Source: Octopus vulgaris
Lineage: Eukaryota
Direction: 5' to 3'
Length of the DNA stretch: 64,000 nt
Assembly: GCA_951406725.2 (NCBI GenBank)
Contig: OX597819.1
Span: 72,974,001-73,038,000 of the forward strand
Shown here: piece after piece, positions 1 through 13,982 of the stretch
Layout: every line of letters begins with the position of its first letter
Numbering within the stretch: position 1 is the stretch's first letter
Translations under genes and position numbers: made by a program
The notes under the pieces: model-generated
Databases searched by the model: none
What the model saw: the letters and a program-made list of their open reading frames with translations, nothing else
Told to the model about the DNA's origin: nothing

Positions 1-3000
1 AGGAATTTGCTTTTCAACATACATACCATTTTCCATGGCACTCGATTCAAAGTGTCCTCTACTATAGTCCCAAGTGGATCAAAGGGTTTAGTAGATGAAA
101 ACTGAAAGAAGCCATCAGATCATTTTTGTGTGCTCTAATCTCTCAGTCCTATTCTCTCTCTCTCTCTCTCTATCTCAGCTGAGAGGCCCTTGTTTTGTGA
201 GATCACCAGTGCTGGTGCCACATAAAAGTACCCAGTATACACTGTAAAGTGGTTGGCATTAGGAAGGGCATTCTGCTGGAGAAACTTTGTCAAAACAAAG
301 AGGAGCCTGGTGCTATCTCCTGACAAATTGTCCAACCCATGCCAGCATGGAAAGCAGGCATCAAATGATGAGGAAGAGGAGGATGGTGATGCAAATTACC
401 TAGGCAGTAAATGTATATATATATATATATATACACAACACACACATACATATACATATACATATATATATCATCATCATCATCATCGTTTAACATCTGT
501 TTTCCATGCTAGCACGGGTTGGACGGTTCGACCAGGGTCTGGGAAGCCTGGGGGCTGCACCAGGCTCCAGTCTGATCTGGCAGTGTTTCTACAGCTGGAT
601 GCCCTTCCTAATGCCAACCACTCCATGAGTGTAGTGGGTGCTTTTTACGTGCCATCAGCACAGAAGCCAGTGAAGGCGGCGCTTGCATCGGCCACGTTCA
701 TATATATATACATACGTATATTTATATATATATATATATGACTGTGTGAGTTTTTGTATGCTTATGTCTCCTTTTTTTTGACATGATGTGATAGCTGTAA
801 ATGAGTGTCACTGTCATACAAGCAGTGGCTTTCATTTCCAGAATTCTATGAAAGCATGTGTCTGGCCATGGGGGAAATATTACCTTGCTTAGAAACAGGT
901 GAGTGATGGCAGCAGCGGGAAGGGCAACCAACTGCAGAAGTTTTACTTCAGTGAACTTTGTCTAACCCATGCAAGCATGGCAGGGGGGTAAGAGGGATCA
1001 TTAAACCTGTGATGGTGGTTTTACAACATATATAACACTATCCGTAAATAAATATTTACTTGTAGACTTTATAAATGACATTTACATCCACTTATGTCAA
1101 AATCCGCCTGCATGTTCGTATACACACACACACACACACACAGCCATACCCTCCACACACACAACACATTTTTTTAATGTATAAGTCTAACTACTATAGA
1201 TTACAGTTTTTGTTTGTTCCTTTGAAATTTTCCTTCATTTTCGTATTAATCTTCTGTTTTTATTTATTATTGTTTATTTATTCACTTTACATGTCAAGAA
1301 ACTTTAGCTGTCCTTCAGCCTTCCGTTTGCTTTAGGCTGTTTAACCTAAATAACGTATTGTACAGAAATGCTACTACAGCTAAATAGCTTCTCTAATTAA
1401 TATTATTGTTATTATTCGTACTTGGTTCCAGTGACTAGTAACCGTCCATATAATATTTGCGATTACATGAGTAAATGAATTTCCTTTGTTAATCTAATAA
1501 CCAAAATAAAATAAAAAATTTAAAGGAAAATATCTTTAAACTTAATAAATAATATATATAAATTCATTCTTTTATTCTTTTACTTGTTTCAATCGTTTGA
1601 CTGCGGCTGTGCTGGAGCACCGCCTTTAGTCGAACAAATCATTCTTTGTAAGCCTGGCACTTATTCTATCAGTCTCTTTTGCCGAACTGCTAAGTTACAG
1701 GGATTTAAACACACCAACATCGGATGTCAAGCGATAGTGGGGGGACAAACAGAAACACACAAATACATATATATACGACGGGATTCTTTCAGTTTCCATC
1801 CACAAAATCCACTCACAAGGCTTTGGTCAACCTGGGGCTATAATAGAAGACACTTACCCAAGGTGCCACGCAGTGGGACTGAACCTAGAACTATGTAGTT
1901 GGGAAGCAAGCTTTTTACCACACAGCCACTCCTGCACCTATCTTTGAACTTAATTAATGATTTATAAAAATTTATTGTGTTTTTTACTTTTAAATGAATT
2001 TCATGTAAATTTTATTGATTTTATTTCTATTTTTTGTTTTTGTTGTCTCTAGGAAAATTAAAACAACATATATTCAAGCATGGTTAATGTCAGTACTGTT
2101 TGACTGGCTCCCGTGCTGGTGGCACGTAAAAAGCACCATTCAAGTGTGAACGATACCAGTGCCGGCTGACTGGTCCCATGCTGGTGGCAGGTAAAAAGCA
2201 CCATTCAAGCATGGTTGATGCCAGTACCATTTGACTGGCCCTCATGCTGGTTGCATGTAAAAAGCACCCACTACACTCTTGGGGTGGTTGGCATTAGGAA
2301 GGGCATCCAGCTGTAGAAACTTTTCCAGATCAGATTGGAGCCTGGTGCAGCCTTCTGGTTCGCCAGCCCTCAGTCAAACCATCCAACCCATGCCAGCGTG
2401 GAAAGCGGACGTTAAACGACAACAATGAGTATGATGATATCTTACAAATAGATGTGATAGTCGTTAACTCATTAGTTGCCATATTTCCATTGAAATACAC
2501 TACTTCTGTTTCAATTAAGAATTTATTGAAATAACTTTGTCATTATTAAGCGGGTGTTTGGAACATAAATTAACCTTTTAGCATTCTGATTCTTTTGCCA
2601 AATGTAAGGTTTATTCATTCACATCGTTTTATCACAATGATGTTTTTTTTTTTTTTGGAATGACATTGTAGAATAGGTCTGAGAAGCTGGATCTGGCCAG
2701 TTTGAGAAGAAAACAGGTGAAACATTTTGGCTGGATCTGGCCAATTTAAATACTAAAGGATTAGTATGAAACTTTGATGGAAAATTTTAATTTAGATCAT
2801 TTTAAAACAGGAAGAACATATCATAGAACCAGGGTCAGTTTCATCTGGGTTGGTATCAAAAGACTTAACCCTAATTTCTTACCATATTTCTGCTGAAATA
2901 TGCTGTCTTTGTTTCAATTAATTTTGAAAATAATGAAGAATTTATTAGAATAACTTTATCATGTTTCGAACATAAATTAATGTGAAAATTTGATGGAAGT

Positions 3001-3977
3001 TTTTTAATTTAGATAACAGAGAGTTTGTATCATGGGAGCCTGTTTCATCAGGTTGGAATGAAAAGGGTTAGGTGTTCCACATCAAAAGAAGGCAGTGATC
3101 AATATACATATTTTTGAGTGTTTCAGAAACATATTTTGTTTGAGGAAGTTGTTTACAATTATAATTTCAATAAGTATCCATTATTTTTTTTTTCCATGTG
3201 CAAACCTGTAATTCTATACCTATCATAACATCATTCTGTAGAGGCAACATGGCAGTGTACTAATAGAATTTCAATGGTTATGTTTTAATTTACTTTGATT
3301 AGTTATGATGTTCATGTTCTTGAAATTAGTTTTAGTCTAAGAATTTTAATTAATTCTAGTATCATTAATTATTTGTCTTAATGTTTTAAATGTGTCTCTT
3401 TGCTTGATTAAATGGGTGTACTGGTTTTGAAAATTCATAATTGAATTGAGGAATCTTTATGTACACACACATACTCATATATATTAACATCCACTTTTCC
3501 ATGCTTGCATAAGTCAGATGGAGTTTATTGAGGCATTTTTTTTCTACAGCTGAATACACTTCCTGTTTCCAAGCAAGGTGATATTTCCCCCAGGCCAGAC
3601 ACATTTTTGCAGAATATTGAAAGAATATTGAAACCGAACAACATTCATTTACAACAATCATGCAATGTTAAAACACTCACACACATGATAGGCTTCCACA
3701 CAGTTTCCACAAAAAAATGGAGAGATGGAAATGCAAATATCCAACATACTAATATCTAGAGACATCAATGTCAATTCTAAAAGAACTGGAAATGGCAAAT
3801 GCTGACAGAATTTTATTGTCCCCCATCAAACTGAAAAGCCTCAAATATTTCGGACAGTTAATTAGAAAATATGGTTGGGAGAAATTGTTAATAGAGGAAA
3901 GAAGAGAAGAGAAAAGCTAAAAATTATGTGAATGAATGACATTATCAATAATTGGACAGGCATAAAATATAGTCAAT

Positions 3978-4010
<33 letters not shown>

Positions 4011-5445
4011 ATGAGACAGTGCTAAGCAGTGATGTGTATAAAAACAAAATTGTTACTAGTTCAAATATACTTCAAGTATATTTCAACCCATAAGAAAGTC
4101 ATTTTGTCATGGAGAAAATTTCTCGCAGTAGACAGATAGGTACAAACACATTGGGTCAGTACACAGCGTTCCCTAACCAGGCTGTTGGATGTATGCGTTT
4201 CAGAGTGGTTATTTTCTCTTCAGCAACTGAAACCAGAAAGGCAGACACTGTGTACTGACACAAGAGACAGGTCCTTCTTATGCTATTCCTGTCACATACA
4301 AGCAATGTCAGCATAAGAAAAATGGAGCTATGAATGGTATTCAAACAGCTGAGAGCTACCTTGACAGTTGTAAAAATGTAAATCTTAATTGTTCCAGTCA
4401 TGCTGGTGCACTGTGTTCGAAGGTTTAGTCAAACAAATCAACACCTAGTACACAGGTATGTCTATGTTTTACAAAGCACTGGCGCCACAAAAAAAGCATC
4501 CATTACACACTGTTGTTGGCATCAGAAAGGGCATCAAGCTTTAGAAACCATGCCAGAATAGACTATGGAACCTGGTGTGGCCCCTGACCTTGCCAGCTCC
4601 TGTCAAACCATCCAACCCATGCCAGCATGGAAAACAGACATTAAATGATGATGATGGTTAAGGTGGCAAACTGGCAGAATCATTAACATACCAGACAAAA
4701 TGCTTAGCATTTCATCCATCTTTACACTCACCTTTCATTTTTGTGAGGTTGATGAAATAAGTACCAGTTCAACACTTGGAACAATGTAACTGACTGTCCT
4801 CTCTCCTAAAAAAAAGGAAAATGCTGGCCTTGTATCCTTATTATTATTATTATTATTAGCAGTAGTAGTAGTAGTAGTAGTAAGGTGGCAAGCTGGCAGA
4901 ATCGTTACATCACTATGTTCTGAGTTCAAATTCTGCCGAGGTTGACTTTACCTTTCACCCTTTTGGGGGTCGATAAATTAAGTACCAGTTGCATACTGGG
5001 GTTGATCTCATCGACTGGCCCCCATCTCCCCCAAAATTTGGGGCCTTGTGCTTGTAGAAAGGATTATTATTATCATCATAATCACCATCATCATTATTAT
5101 TATTATTAAGACAGAGAGCTGGTAGAATCATTAGCGTTCCAGGCAAAATGCTTAGCGTTATTTCATCTGAGGTCAACTTAGCCTTTCACCCTTTCGAGGT
5201 CGATAAAATAAGTACCAGCCGAGTACCAGGATCAAAGGCAATCGACTTACTCCCTTCCTCCCAAAACTGCTAACCTTGTACTAAAATTTGAAACCATTAT
5301 TATTATTAGTAGTAGTAGTAGTATTTTCTGAAATTCTTGTTTACAGATGTGTGTGTAAATAATAAATATGTATGTTAGAAACATGGATAGATAGAAACAT
5401 TATGCTTCTTATTTCTAATGTTATGTTTAGCTACATGCAGATGTT

Positions 5446-5450
<5 letters not shown>

Positions 5451-5522
<72 letters not shown>
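5451..5522. repeat. (TA)n microsatellite, one of many in the window
   Basis: Seen directly in sequence. Confidence 0.95.
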
Positions 5523-5527
<5 letters not shown>

Positions 5528-6682
5528 AAAGGTGGTGCTCCAGCATGGCCGCAGTCAAGTGACTGAAACAAATAAAAGAATATATATATTTAGGGAAATT
5601 CACATACATAAGTGCGCGCACACAGCCATAGACACATGCCCCGCCCCGTATGTATAATTATTTGGTTATTTAGATTGGTCAGGAGGCTCTTGGCATATTT
5701 CTGTTTGTATGTGTGGCTGGTAGTGATGACTATGTAAGTGATATCTTTGTTTTCTTCCACTCAGCTAGTCTTGAAGCCTACTTAGCTGTTGAGTTTAGTT
5801 GAAGAAATAGTCAAAAGTCTAGCAGCAGTTTTTACATAATGTGAAGGATACAGACAACAAGGAAAAAAGAGTATAAATAAATAAAATGCCTTTGAATAGA
5901 AAAGGAAAAAGCTGTAACTTCATACCTACTGTTTTGGCGGGAAGCTTTGAGATATGGTTCACTGAATTAGTTTATTTACAAAAACATTTTGCTATTTAAT
6001 TCTTTTGTTCATTTTATAGCTTTTCTTTAATTTTTGTGTGCTTGTAACTGTTTCTTTTTGTGTTGTTTATATATATATATATATATATATATACTCTTTT
6101 TACTCTTTTACATGTTTCAGTCATTTGACTGTGGCCATACTGGAGCACCGCCTTTAGTCGAGCAAATCGATCCCAGGACTTATTCTTTGTAAGCCTAGTA
6201 CTTATTCTATCGGTCTCTTTTGCCGAACCGCTAGGTTACAGGGATGTAAACACATCAGCATCAGTTGTCAAGCAATGTTTGGGGAGCAAACACAGATACA
6301 CACAAACATATACACACACATACATACATATATATTAATTATTTTTATTTCTACTGTTTTTGTTTTGTGTCTTTCTGGATGCTTATATATTTGTGTGCTA
6401 TATTACAGGAATGGGTTGTTTGGTTTTACAAGTTCATAATTGAATGAACTTACAACCAGTACAGACCATATCTAAACATTCAGAGCCGAGGATGCTTTTT
6501 GTGTTGTTACTTTGGCGCCAAGCTGGCAAAATCGAAATAGATTTGGTGGCGTATTTTTTCCAGCTCTTTACTTTCAAATCCCACCCATGTAAAATTTTGC
6601 CTTTCACCCCTCCGTGGTTAGTAGAATAAAATATCAGCAAAGAACTAGAGTCAATGCTTTGACTAACCATCTCCCATCACCA

Positions 6683-6899
6683 TTAACCTTTTCATTACCA
6701 TATTTATTTTGAGATGCTCTGTGTTCTTTCATTTACTTTAAATATAACAAAGACTTTAGTAAAATAACTTACTATTAAGCTAGTGTTAGGACCATAAATT
6801 GTGACTAAGGTTTGTCAGAAGATTTTTATTCAAAACTTATGAAAACAAGACATTTGCACTCAGAGCCAGTTTCAGCCGGGTTGGTAATGAAAGGGTTAA
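6683..6899. mobile_element. piggyBac-type MITE (TTAA-flanked). Related copies near 2465-3070, 22500-22662, 24637-24816, 30335-30665, 40460-40685, 42569-43077, 46214-46426
   Basis: TTAA-ccttttcattacc ... ggtaatgaaaggg-TTAA termini; internal sequence shared between copies. Confidence 0.75.
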
Positions 6900-7222
6900 A
6901 TCATTTATTACTGTGAGATTCTTACTTCTATCTTCTTGTGGGACAAAATAGAAACAGGAAATTCAGGGTAGTGGCATCGAAAACAGTCCTTCCTCTTCCT
7001 TTATTCATTCTTTTGCTTGTTTCAGTGATTTTGACTGCGGCCCAGCTGGAGCATGGTCTTTTAGTCAAAGAAATCAACCCCCTGACTTATTCTTTGTAAG
7101 CCTGGTACTTATTCTATCAGTCTCTTTTGCAGAACCACTAAGTTACGGGGACATAAACATGCCAACATCAGTTGTCAAGCAATGGTTGGGTAACAAATAC
7201 AGACACACACATAAATATATTC

Positions 7223-7268
<46 letters not shown>

Positions 7269-7761
7269 AACCCATGCCAGCATGCAAAGTGGGCGTTAAA
7301 CGATGATGATGATATATACACTGGGCTTCCTTCAGTTTCTGTCTACCAAATCCACTCACAAGGCATTGGTCGGTTTGAAATCATAATAGAAGACACTTGC
7401 CCAGGGTGCCATGCAGCAGGACTGAACATAGAACCATGTGGTTGGGAAGCAAACTTCTTACCACACAGGCATACCTGCGCCTATGTATTTGTTATATATA
7501 TAAATATGTTTCTTTTATCTTTTACTTGTTTCAGTCATTAGACAGCGACCATGCTGGGGCATAGCCTTGACAAATTTTTATTCAAACAAATCAACCTCAA
7601 TACTTATTTTTTGAAGTCTGGTACTTATTCTATCAGTCACTATTGCCAAACTGCTAAGTTACAGAAACATAAATACACCAACACCAGTTGTTAAGCAATG
7701 GTGGTGGGCAAACAGAGACACAAACTCACACACACGCATATGTGTGTATATATATATATAT

Positions 7762-8738
7762 AGTGATATGGAGAGGTCAATTAGGAAACAACTGCTATGA
7801 CCTACTTTGCTCGTTTGTAGTCTGAAAGTCTGGGATCTAAAGTTATTATCCTTTGTTCTGCTAGATTCACGAAAGAGTAATGACTTTCGGAGAGACCTCT
7901 GCCCTTTTTCCGGTCAAAGAGGGGTCGAGGAAGCACCCCTTTAAAAAGCAGGAGCTGTGAGTCTGTTGGTCAGTCGGGGAACAGAGCAAGTTGGTGACAG
8001 GTGGTTCCGCCGGAGACAGTGAATGTGAAAGAGGAAGACAGGCAGATAGGATCAAGAAGAGCGAGAGGATGACAGCGTAGAGGAAGACAGACAGGGAATC
8101 TGAGGGATAACAAGCGAGAGAATGACAGCGTAGAGGAAGACAGGCAGATAGGATTAAGGAGCTAAGAGAGAGGGACTACGGTATGAGGGCACTGGCTATT
8201 GTGTAACGGTATGTGTTTGTTTATGTTTTGATATGTGTTAAAGAAGGAAAAAGAATTGTTGAAATGTAAAAGAATTGATGTGTTGAAAAAAGGAGGAAGA
8301 AGTACTGAATTAAGGAAAAGAGATTGTGAAAAGAACTCTAATGTAGACATTATTTGAACTTTGGACTGTATCGTTAATGTGAACGTTATTTGTTTTAATT
8401 TGATCTGAACTGTATCTGCATGCTTTGATTTGTTGTTTCCTTGTTTTCTTGCACGTATTTTCTTGATGTATTTGATGTAATAAGTGTTATAAACTACTGT
8501 TGTTAAACGTAAGCCAAATTGCCTTCCGCCGTGTCTCTCTGTGTCTCTTCCTGCTGTTGTTTATTGTTGTTCTCTCTAGTCGTCGGTTGCCGAGTTCGCT
8601 GCCGCCTTCCCCCCACCGAATTCTCTCTCTCTGAGTCCGTGGCGAATTCACCGTTCAATCGAGCCGGTCGATCGTCGTCGATCGACTTGGTAGGGTCCCG
8701 GGTTTTCCGAAGAGTTTGAGCAACGGCAGGTGATTCGT

Positions 8739-8742
<4 letters not shown>
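7762..8742. mobile_element. Probable solo LTR inserted in (TA)n
   Basis: About 980 bp, CpG-rich and non-coding, with internal tandem repeats (8030-8160). Ends agtgata...cgtaaca and is flanked by (TA)n on both sides. Confidence 0.5.
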
Positions 8743-8780
<38 letters not shown>

Positions 8781-8925
8781 CACAACAGGCTTCTTTCAGT
8801 TTCTGTCAATCAACTCGACTCACAAGGTTTTGGTCCACTTGAGGCAAAAGTAGAAGACACTTGCCCAAGGTTCCACACAGTGGAACTGAGCCCAGAACCA
8901 TGTGGTTGGGATGTATATACATGTG

Positions 8926-9500
8926 CAGTGCTGGATTAACTATTATGCAAAATAAACACATACTTAGGGTATCAAAGGCGGGTTGGAGCACCACAAGAAT
9001 GGTAAATGGTTTATGGCATAAAAGAAATCACTTTAAACTTGCTAAAATAATTTCGTAGTGTCAGGTAGAGGATTTAGTCAAGGACTCTGCAATTAAAAAA
9101 ACTAGGAGAAAACTTTTCAAATATAAATAAAGTGGAAGTATAAAAAATTAATATTATTTTCCATCTTTCTGTTAATTTTGTTTCATTTTGGAAAATAAAA
9201 ATTTATTTAGAAAATTACTATTTGTAAATCTCAAAATGAGAGATATTCAGCAACAGTACTTTGGAGTAAAGATTGGCTATCCTGGTTTAGGACGAATGTT
9301 GCTGTAATTTAGCCCCAGGAGACATCATCACCAGCTGGCAATATGACATGATCTGTGTCCTTATATTTTCAAACAAGGGAATCTTTACTCCAAAAATTTA
9401 TTTTATGCTCTATTATTGCTTAAGTTTTCAATTAAATATATGCAGGAACACCAGAATCTTTTAAGTGCTTAAGGCCTCTATAGGTCTTAATCTGGCCCTG
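8926..9500. mobile_element. hAT-type MITE with a nested small inverted-repeat element (9261-9393)
   Basis: TIRs cagtgctggattaa/ttaatctggccctg; inner TIRs ttggagtaaagatt/aatctttactccaa. Confidence 0.55.
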
Positions 9501-9813
9501 TGTGTGTGGTGGGGGGGTGATGATGATGGCTGTCCACTCATGACCAAAGAAGACCATCAAAGGCCATTGCTCATGCATGAGGTTATTGCAGCAGCCACCA
9601 GCTTCACTCAGGTTCATGCTCATGGCTTCCATGCTCACCACGGCACTCTCCTACTCAACTGGGCATCAGAAAGTTACCTTGCTGGCCATTGCATAACTTA
9701 GAGTCTTAAGTTCAATAAGGCTTGCCCAGCACCTCACAGACCCTCTCCGGTAGGGCTGACATGATCCAGTGATAAACCAGGGTAAGATATTCAACGCCAA
9801 TGTGGGTTGGAGG

Positions 9814-10006
9814 AAGGTGTCAAGCTGGCAGAAACGTTAGCACACCAGGTAAAATGCTTAGCAGTATTTCATCTATCTTTACATTCTGAGTTCAAATTCC
9901 GCTGAGGTCGACTTTGCCTTTCATCCTTTCAAGGTTCATAAATTAATCTAATCGACTGGTCCCCCTCCCCAAAAATTTCGGGCCTTGTGCCTAGAGTAGA
10001 AAGGAA
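9814..10006 (+). mobile_element. Second tRNA-derived SINE family. Copies also near 4882-5290, 23418-23635(-), 31165-31372(-), 40020-40435(-), 62770-63115
   Basis: agctggcagaa head, gagttcaaattcc B box, gtcgactttgcctttcatcctttc central domain. Flanked by a ~14-bp duplication at(g/a)tgggttggagg. Confidence 0.75.
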
Positions 10007-10297
10007 TATGGGTTGGAGGCTCAGGAATGTGGGAGTGCCATGATCTCAAGCACAAGCGAAAGATATCCAAAATATATTTTAAGAGGTAATATTTATTCCC
10101 ACTTAAATATGGATGTTCTTTTAGAACAAACTATACTGTGGTGGATACCATAAGAGAAATCCTCATAAAGGCTTTTGGTGCAGAATGCACGCTTGTTTGA
10201 TTATCTTGCCAGTGGGGAGATAAATCCAGTGCTGAGACCACCAGATCATGTGATTTCAATCTTCCTTGATTTTCTTTGTGTCACTAGCAGAGAGATG

Positions 10298-10342
<45 letters not shown>

Positions 10343-10346
<4 letters not shown>

Positions 10347-10920
10347 TAACAATGAAGGGTGAAATTAATTAATTTGGAACAATTATCAATTACACCAAGT
10401 AGTCTTCGGCATGTAAAAGCCTCATTCGAGGAAAATTTAAGTAATACTAAGCAATTAAGGGTTTAGCAACGAATTGCCTTACCACACACCGAATTTAGAA
10501 ATAGCAGTCAAAGAGATTATAGCTATTTCTTCTACTAAAAGGGAGATCACAGTAAAGGCACAGCATTTGAAAGGCAAACACAAACAGGTAAAAGAGAATG
10601 AATTAACGGCAATCTATCATACAGTTTTAAGTCACCTACGGACGTACGTTTCGAGATCAAGTCTTAGGAAAGCATAAGAATTAGATAACTCTACTTTACC
10701 CAGACTTCTTCTTTCATCAGCGCAGGATACTAACAATCATGAATGATTGAATATTGAATTTTGAGATACTCTTTTACCTGTTTGTGTTTGCCTTTCAAAT
10801 GCTGTGCCTTTACTGTGATCTCCCTTTTAGTAGAAGAAATAGCTATAATCTCTTTGACTGCTATTTCTAAATTCGGTGTGTGGTAAGGCAATTCGTTGCT
10901 AAACCCTTAATTGCTTAGTA
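10343..10920. mobile_element. Fold-back, hammerhead-bearing element (Penelope-like pLTR derivative) in (TA)n
   Basis: 152-bp inverted arms at 10445-10596 and 10769-10920 enclose the ribozyme; (TA)n on both flanks. Confidence 0.75.
10635..10726 (-). ncRNA. Type I hammerhead ribozyme, intact core
   Basis: Minus strand reads ccugcg-CUGAUGA-(long stem II with aagucu/agacuu)-GAAA-cguacg-UC-cguagg. Stem I has 6 pairs, stem III is the palindrome ACGUACGU, triplet GUC. Confidence 0.85.
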
Positions 10921-11059
10921 TATATATATATATATATACAAGTATATATAAATACATCAAAAACATTTAGATCTACAATTAAACAAATAAACTAATTATA
11001 AGTAAAATAATTATATACCCAACACTTTTATTAAATAAATAAATGAGGACTTACCTATG

Positions 11060-11385
11060 TCTATAAATATATTTGTATATACACACTACATTCTCCATAC
11101 ATACGATATTGTTTGATAAACATATATACCCATATATAACCACGCATAACATAAATTTATACATACATATATATGTACATGCATATATAAATATACCCAT
11201 ATAGTCACATGCATAAACATGTACATACACATATTATAATATATTCTACCACATATTAGTATAAATATATACATATATATATATATCCTCAAAGCGTTCA
11301 TATACACATATTTACATACAAATATACATATGCAAACACATACTACTCCACACATACACACACATAGATATATATATACACACAT

Positions 11386-11422
<37 letters not shown>

Positions 11423-11585
11423 CATATATCCATATGTACACATACATATGCAAGAGTAAATATATCCACACACATATAAAAATACACCTATACATATTTG
11501 CATGCTCAGATAATCACACAGGTAATTGTATATCCTAATTTAAATATATAAAAACACATATCTACATAAGTATAAGCTAGACTAC

Positions 11586-11624
<39 letters not shown>

Positions 11625-11680
11625 CATACATACATACATACATATACATGCATACACATACATACATACACATATACACA
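11060..11680. repeat. Degenerate (AT)/(AC)/(ATAC)n low-complexity tract
   Basis: Seen directly in sequence; explains the Y/I/M/C/V-rich spurious ORFs. Confidence 0.85.
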
Positions 11681-12555
11681 TTGACCTACCTTTAAGACAT
11701 AATATACATAATTAATAATATAAAACAATAATTGAAAACTAATACATACATATACATATATATACTAATCTATAACCTAGTATATTCATGTGGACATGTA
11801 ATGCTCACATGCTTATTACATAACTTCCTACTTAACAACAAATGGAAATGTATACCAGTATGTATATATATATGGATATGCACCCAAACACATACAAGCA
11901 TATATAATATATATAGAATATGAACTTTTTTGTGAACAATGAAAGAAACAAATGGAAAATGAGACAAACAACACAAAGAACGACCCTTCATCAGTTGTCG
12001 GCTGTTTTTCTAATCCGTATTTCGAAAGCTTCTTCCAGCTTTCGTCTACCAAGACTTTGGTTAACCCAGTGCTATGGTAAAAGACACTTCCCCCAAAGTG
12101 CCACACAGTTGGACTGAACCCAAGACCACTTGATTGAGAAGCAAGCTTCCTGACCATACAGCCACCTCTGCACCTATAGGTTCCATCACTGAGGCTGCAG
12201 AGAATGCCATTAGTTGGAGGTTTGGGATAAAGAGAGCAGACCAGTGGGATGCAAACTGTCTTGATCAACCCCAGCTGGGTCAACTAAGCAAGGGGACCCA
12301 AAAAGCTCCTCAGAACCCAGAAATATCACTGACAGTGCATTCCATAACATCAGCAATATGTATCTTTAAACTATATAACTTTGTTCCTATCTCCTTCCCT
12401 CCTCTGCTTGTATCTCTGTATTCCTTTATCTATTTATGTCTTTCTGTACGTTTCTCTCTCCTCCAGTCTTGAATCTCTGACAGTATATTCTCTCTCTCTT
12501 CACTGTCTCATCCATTCTATCTTCTCCAGTCTGATATGTTTGATAGTATCTTCTC

Positions 12556-12558
<3 letters not shown>

Positions 12559-12643
<85 letters not shown>

Positions 12644-12669
12644 TCTCTCTTCACTCTCTCAGCTCTCTT

Positions 12670-12700
<31 letters not shown>

Positions 12701-12752
12701 TTCTCTCCTCTCTCTCAGCTCTCTCTCACCCCCCCCCCCCCTCTCTCTCTCT
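12559..12752. repeat. (CT)n microsatellite
   Basis: Seen directly in sequence. Confidence 0.95.
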
Positions 12753-13982
12753 CATTCATGGCTCTAGACAAGTACTTTCTGCTTATGAGAATAGAACACA
12801 TATAGATTTATTGATCTCTGTCTTTTGTATGTAAATGACCTATCATTTTCTGTTGAAAGTGGTCATTCTCTGAACAGCTGCTTTAAAAAGACCTGCTTAA
12901 GGGATAAGGTGGAGTGGACAGCAAAGAGATAAATGCTGTCCCCATTTGTATGAGGGTTGGCTGGGTTTTCCCTTGTTTTGCTTGTTGGCTGTTAACATTG
13001 AGTTATGTAATAGTCTCACACGACAACTTGTACACATAACCAAAATGCACTGATTTTATCTGCTGAAAAATGTTATTGATAGATTGATGCAAGTCATGTG
13101 CTATGAGTCTTTAAGGTATTGTAGCAGCTTTTGAAGTTGGGTGGGGGTCTGGGGATTTCTCTGTTCTCTTTTAGCTTTACCCTTTTATTTGTTTCAGTCA
13201 GGTCCTGCCTCGAAGGATTTAGTGAAGCAACTCAGCTCCAGTATATATTTCTTTAAAGTCTGGTGCTGTTTATTCTACCAGTTGCTTGTGCCGAAACATT
13301 AAGTTACTAGGACATAAACAAACCATCAGTGGTGGGCATACAGAGAGACACACATCATCATCATTTAACATCCATTTTCCATGCTGGCATGTATTGGACG
13401 TTTTGACGAGCTGGCGAAGCCAGGAGCCACACCAGGCTCCAGTTGTCTCTTTTGGCATGGTTTCTACTGCAGGATGCCCTTCCTGATGCCAACCACTTTA
13501 CAGAGTGTACTGGGGGCACCAGCACAGTTGCTTGCACATAACAGGCTTCCACACAGTTTCTGTCTACCATATTCACTCACAGGACATCGGTTGGCCCAGA
13601 GCTATAACAAAAGAAACTTGTCCTAGGTGCCATACAGTGAGACTGAACCCAAAACCACATGGTGACAAAATGAACTTCTTAACCACACAGCTATACCTGA
13701 GTCAATTTACAGATCATGGTTTAGTTTTTGAGGTTTTAAAGTTAGTGTATTTTATCATTTTCATTTTTTTTTTATTATAAACTGAATTATTGTTGTATTT
13801 TGGGTTTTTAAAATTCATGTACAGTAAATAGTTTGCTTCCCAACCACACAGTTTCAGGTTCAACCCCAAGGCATGGTACTTGGGCAAATGTTCTCTACTA
13901 CAGGCTCAGGCAAGCTAAAGCCTTCTAAGTGGATTTTGGTAGTCACTAACTGAAAGAAGCTTGTCATATATATATATATATA

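Noticed and set aside
1040-1480. CpG-retaining unique stretch as a possible promoter or first exon (ATG A|gtaaat near 1467; minus-strand ATGCAGGCGGAT near 1113)
   Set aside because: Weak donor, no homology, and 40 kb from the next exon; cannot be supported from sequence alone.
2070-2270. Regularly spaced ggcacgtaaaaagcacc repeats resembling a CRISPR array
   Set aside because: They are tandem subrepeats of the RTE 3' UTR seen in many copies, the spacers are related to each other, and the context is eukaryotic with no cas genes.
4100-4430. GC-richer unique stretch with short open frames
   Set aside because: No recognisable motif or consistent exon boundaries.
5672-5735. Possible small exon (ttag|att...tat|gtaagt)
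   Set aside because: No similarity to THOC7 or any protein I recognise.
11980-12030. CUGAUGA and GAAA on the minus strand
   Set aside because: The order and pairing do not form hammerhead stems; the region is cut by a SINE.
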